A stretch of 63,901 nucleotides of DNA, the filler included, from Choristocarpus tenellus KU-1152 (taxonomy: Eukaryota > Protista > Phaeophyceae), in assembly GCA_964200185.2 (NCBI GenBank). It is 12 parts of 12 records of this genome, joined end to end, with 100 filler letters (N's around TTAATTAATTAA, not from the genome) between each part and the next. Parts side by side here need not be neighbours in the genome. Positions count along the whole stretch, not along the records: positions 61,368 to 63,901 come from CAXNAD020026982.1; 11 more parts are not named here. One strand, written 5' to 3'. Shown here piece by piece: positions 61,368 through 63,901 of this stretch. A model generated the notes under the pieces. The model had not been told where the DNA came from. It ran no database searches and saw only the letters and a program-made list of their open reading frames with translations. The translations under genes were made by a program, and so were the position numbers. Each line of letters starts with the position of its first letter. The stretch's first letter is position 1.

Positions 61368-63846
61368 GTATGGGTTTCCACGAACTCCTGCAAGACACTG
61401 ACTGTGTCCATTTTCTTGGTGATCCTTTGCATGTTCGGCTTTGCTAACTTCAGGGTTGAGTCCGAGGGTGAGTGGATAATGCCGACACACACCTGTCACC
61501 TTCTATTGCAGAAGCATTAGCCATAGCTTACTATCCTAGAAGCTACAAAACACTTTCGATATATTGACACATTGCCATGCTTCAGGATCCAACCAAAGTC
61601 ATATATGGTAGCCAGGGAGGTGTACTCCCTTGGTCCTGGGAACATGATGGGTTTCAACTAATTGCTTCTTCCTTTATGCTTCGAGTATGTACTTCAAGCC
61701 GACCCCCAACTCCATTCTCTTTCTTACTTTTCATACAAATTAGGTGAAGAGTTGTGGGTTCCATCCAACTCCCGAAGCAAAAAGGAGGAGAAGAGAGTTT
61801 CGGCTTCGTTTGATGATGGTGAGTTCTACACATCATTTAGTACTTGTGACCACTACAATCCCAGCAATCATGTGTCATCCAATCGTGCCGAAAAACGTCT
61901 TGCTGACTACTTAGTCTAGGGATGTACAAGATGTCGACTGACACGATGTGAATCCATGAAACAACGGTATGTAGTGTTACAGCAACCTTGATTCATAACG
62001 AATTCCCTGTATCCTATTTACCCATAAACGATGTTTCATTACTTCTAGTGGGGACACAACACTCTAAGTATGTTGACTTACCTCGGACGAAATTGATTAC
62101 TCTATCCAACGGAGATGCCTGGTTCCCAATGATTTCACCCACAGCTGCCAAGGTACCCTTCCCTTCATAACCACGAGAGTTTTGTGTTTTGTGTAAATAT
62201 CATAGTCTTTACCCTGGAGATCTTATCACTGAATGTCGTTCATGGACGATGTATGTTTTTGTGCGCAGATTCCGATTTTGCGGCTGCGCTCCTCAGATCA
62301 AACACTGAAGCTGGCAATGTTTTGACCAAGGCAGCATTTGATGAGTTGTGGAGCATCAACAACATTGTCTATAACATAGAGGTGCAAACACACCAGAAGT
62401 GGTGATAACCTAGCATGTGGAAGTTTCCTTGTCCCCACTGTAGATGTAGATCCAGCTCCCTTGCCCCAACTCAGGTAGGTAGTTGCAGTCGCTAAGCATG
62501 CCTTGTTTGGGTTTGTGTAGTCCTGTGATTAAGGTCCGATATAGATGAGATTTTTATTCTTGTAGACTTTGCAAGCCAGCTTATAGTTTGATCACTGCGC
62601 TGATTCCCATTTAAAAGAGAATATCACTGTGCTAGGGAAAAGAGCACTCCATATTAGTGGTTCAGCGTTGAAGTACCACAAATGCTTCATTGCCCAAAGA
62701 TGTACTCCCCCACGTTTCGCTATCCTTGACCATACTCCCACACGATGTTGCTGTAATTGACCCATACTGGTTCTACTTTCAGACTGATGCTGGAAACACA
62801 TTTGCCGACCTGTGTGAGAAAGAGGCTGATGGGACCACCTGTGCACAGCCCTTCCGAGGCCCAATTCGCTTCTGGAGCTCCAACTATACCCTCTTCCAGG
62901 TCCTACCCCCTGCTGTCCCTTGCTGTGTATGTTGTAATAGGCGTTTGTTTGGACCATTGCAGTCTTACACTGAAGTACTCTTCTGAAAGCTTGGTGAGCA
63001 TGCACCAACATGGTGACATACATGTGGATATTAGAGATGCTGAGTGAATGAGTTATTGGTAGCATACCATTCCAATTTCATGTGTGGGGTGAACCTGTCT
63101 TGAGACCTTACCATGTTGGGTCATGGTTATTCTGAGTCTTTCCCACCATTACAGAAGTGTTGCCTGAAGTTCTCTAGGCAGTGCGCGATCCATTGGTGAC
63201 CCACTTCGTGCTCTCTAGGAATTTCATCACAATGGCCTTCCAAGTGTTACAAAATCCTGATGGATCAAGTACGTACACTTCGTGAGTCATCCGTATTTTC
63301 CTTCTCCCCCTACGTTCAGGAAACTGTTTCAAGTGATGCTGACATCCTCACAGCTGTGAATGTAGAGGCCTTTCCCGATGGGAGAGCAGTGTCGTTGGAA
63401 GCAACGTTTGGGAATTCCCTGGTCTTTGATGAGACGACAGGGGACTTGATCAGCTCAGAGGCAATGATACAGGTGTGATAATTTTTTGCCAATGGTTGCA
63501 ACCCCATGCTTCAATTTTAGCGTCAGGCTAGGGTGTCACAGGCTATAGTGATCTTGTGTGTAAGTGGGCACCCCTTGCATATATGGCACCAGACATCAGA
63601 CACAAGACCACACCTGAATGCTCCACCTGCATTCTACCACCCCAGATGCTGGTTCAGTGCTTACTCTCAAATGTCTGTTTCAACATTGTTTTTTTTCTGA
63701 ATGTTGGGCCAAACTCTGGTATGGCCTTGACTTTTGTGAAGATCTACAATCTGCAATCAGAGTTTGATGGGGACACAGATGAGTCGTTAGAGTGGCAGGA
63801 TAAGTACCTCAGTGCTATGGAGGTGCAGGTGGAGACATTGACACAG
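61368..63846 (+). CDS. Patched/NPC1-like (RND, sterol-sensing family) membrane protein, N-terminal exons; partial
   Basis: Phase-consistent exons <=61368-61467 (TM1: KTLTVSIFLVILCMFGFANFRVESE), 61744-61818 (ELWVPSNSRS), 62269-62381 (NVLTKAAFDEL), 62783-62899 (FADLC), 63320-63472 and 63742-63846. The LWVP..S and NVLT motifs are typical of the first lumenal loop of Patched-domain proteins. Confidence 0.85.
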
Positions 63847-63901
63847 GTGCGTAAGAACATAAATATATATATATATATATATATTTTTTTTTTTACACAA
63901 G

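Overview
Intron-rich eukaryotic genomic DNA, most likely a brown alga or related ochrophyte (inferred from gene content and exon style, not verified). It is not one locus. Eleven identical artificial 100-bp spacers (44 N + TTAATTAATTAA + 44 N) join 12 contigs, so adjacency across them is meaningless. Genes reconstructed by hand, mostly partial: a kinesin-9 (KIF6/KIF9-like) motor, an orphan multi-exon gene, a cytochrome b561-domain protein with a GC-AG intron, a rhomboid protease, an MG-start Tudor-like protein, a Lys/Asp-rich protein, a Zn2Cys6-type 'fungal' transcription-factor middle region, a tubulin-tyrosine-ligase-family protein, the 3' end of BTAF1/Mot1 and a Patched/NPC1-like protein. 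Mobile DNA: two decayed Ty1/copia relics, a decayed pogo-type transposase, two related MITE families (one nested inside itself), 3' fragments of an RLE-type (CRE-like) non-LTR retrotransposon, and two copies of a ~300-bp LTR. The most unusual region is 36.2-37.8 kb. There, four 3' ends of the RLE element are piled up, and an LTR is followed by a ~50-nt copy of a CCA-bearing tRNA-Ser 3' half instead of an ordinary ~18-nt primer-binding site. I found no CRISPR array, intact RNA gene or clearly new multi-gene system. The best candidates for novelty are these retroelement structures.
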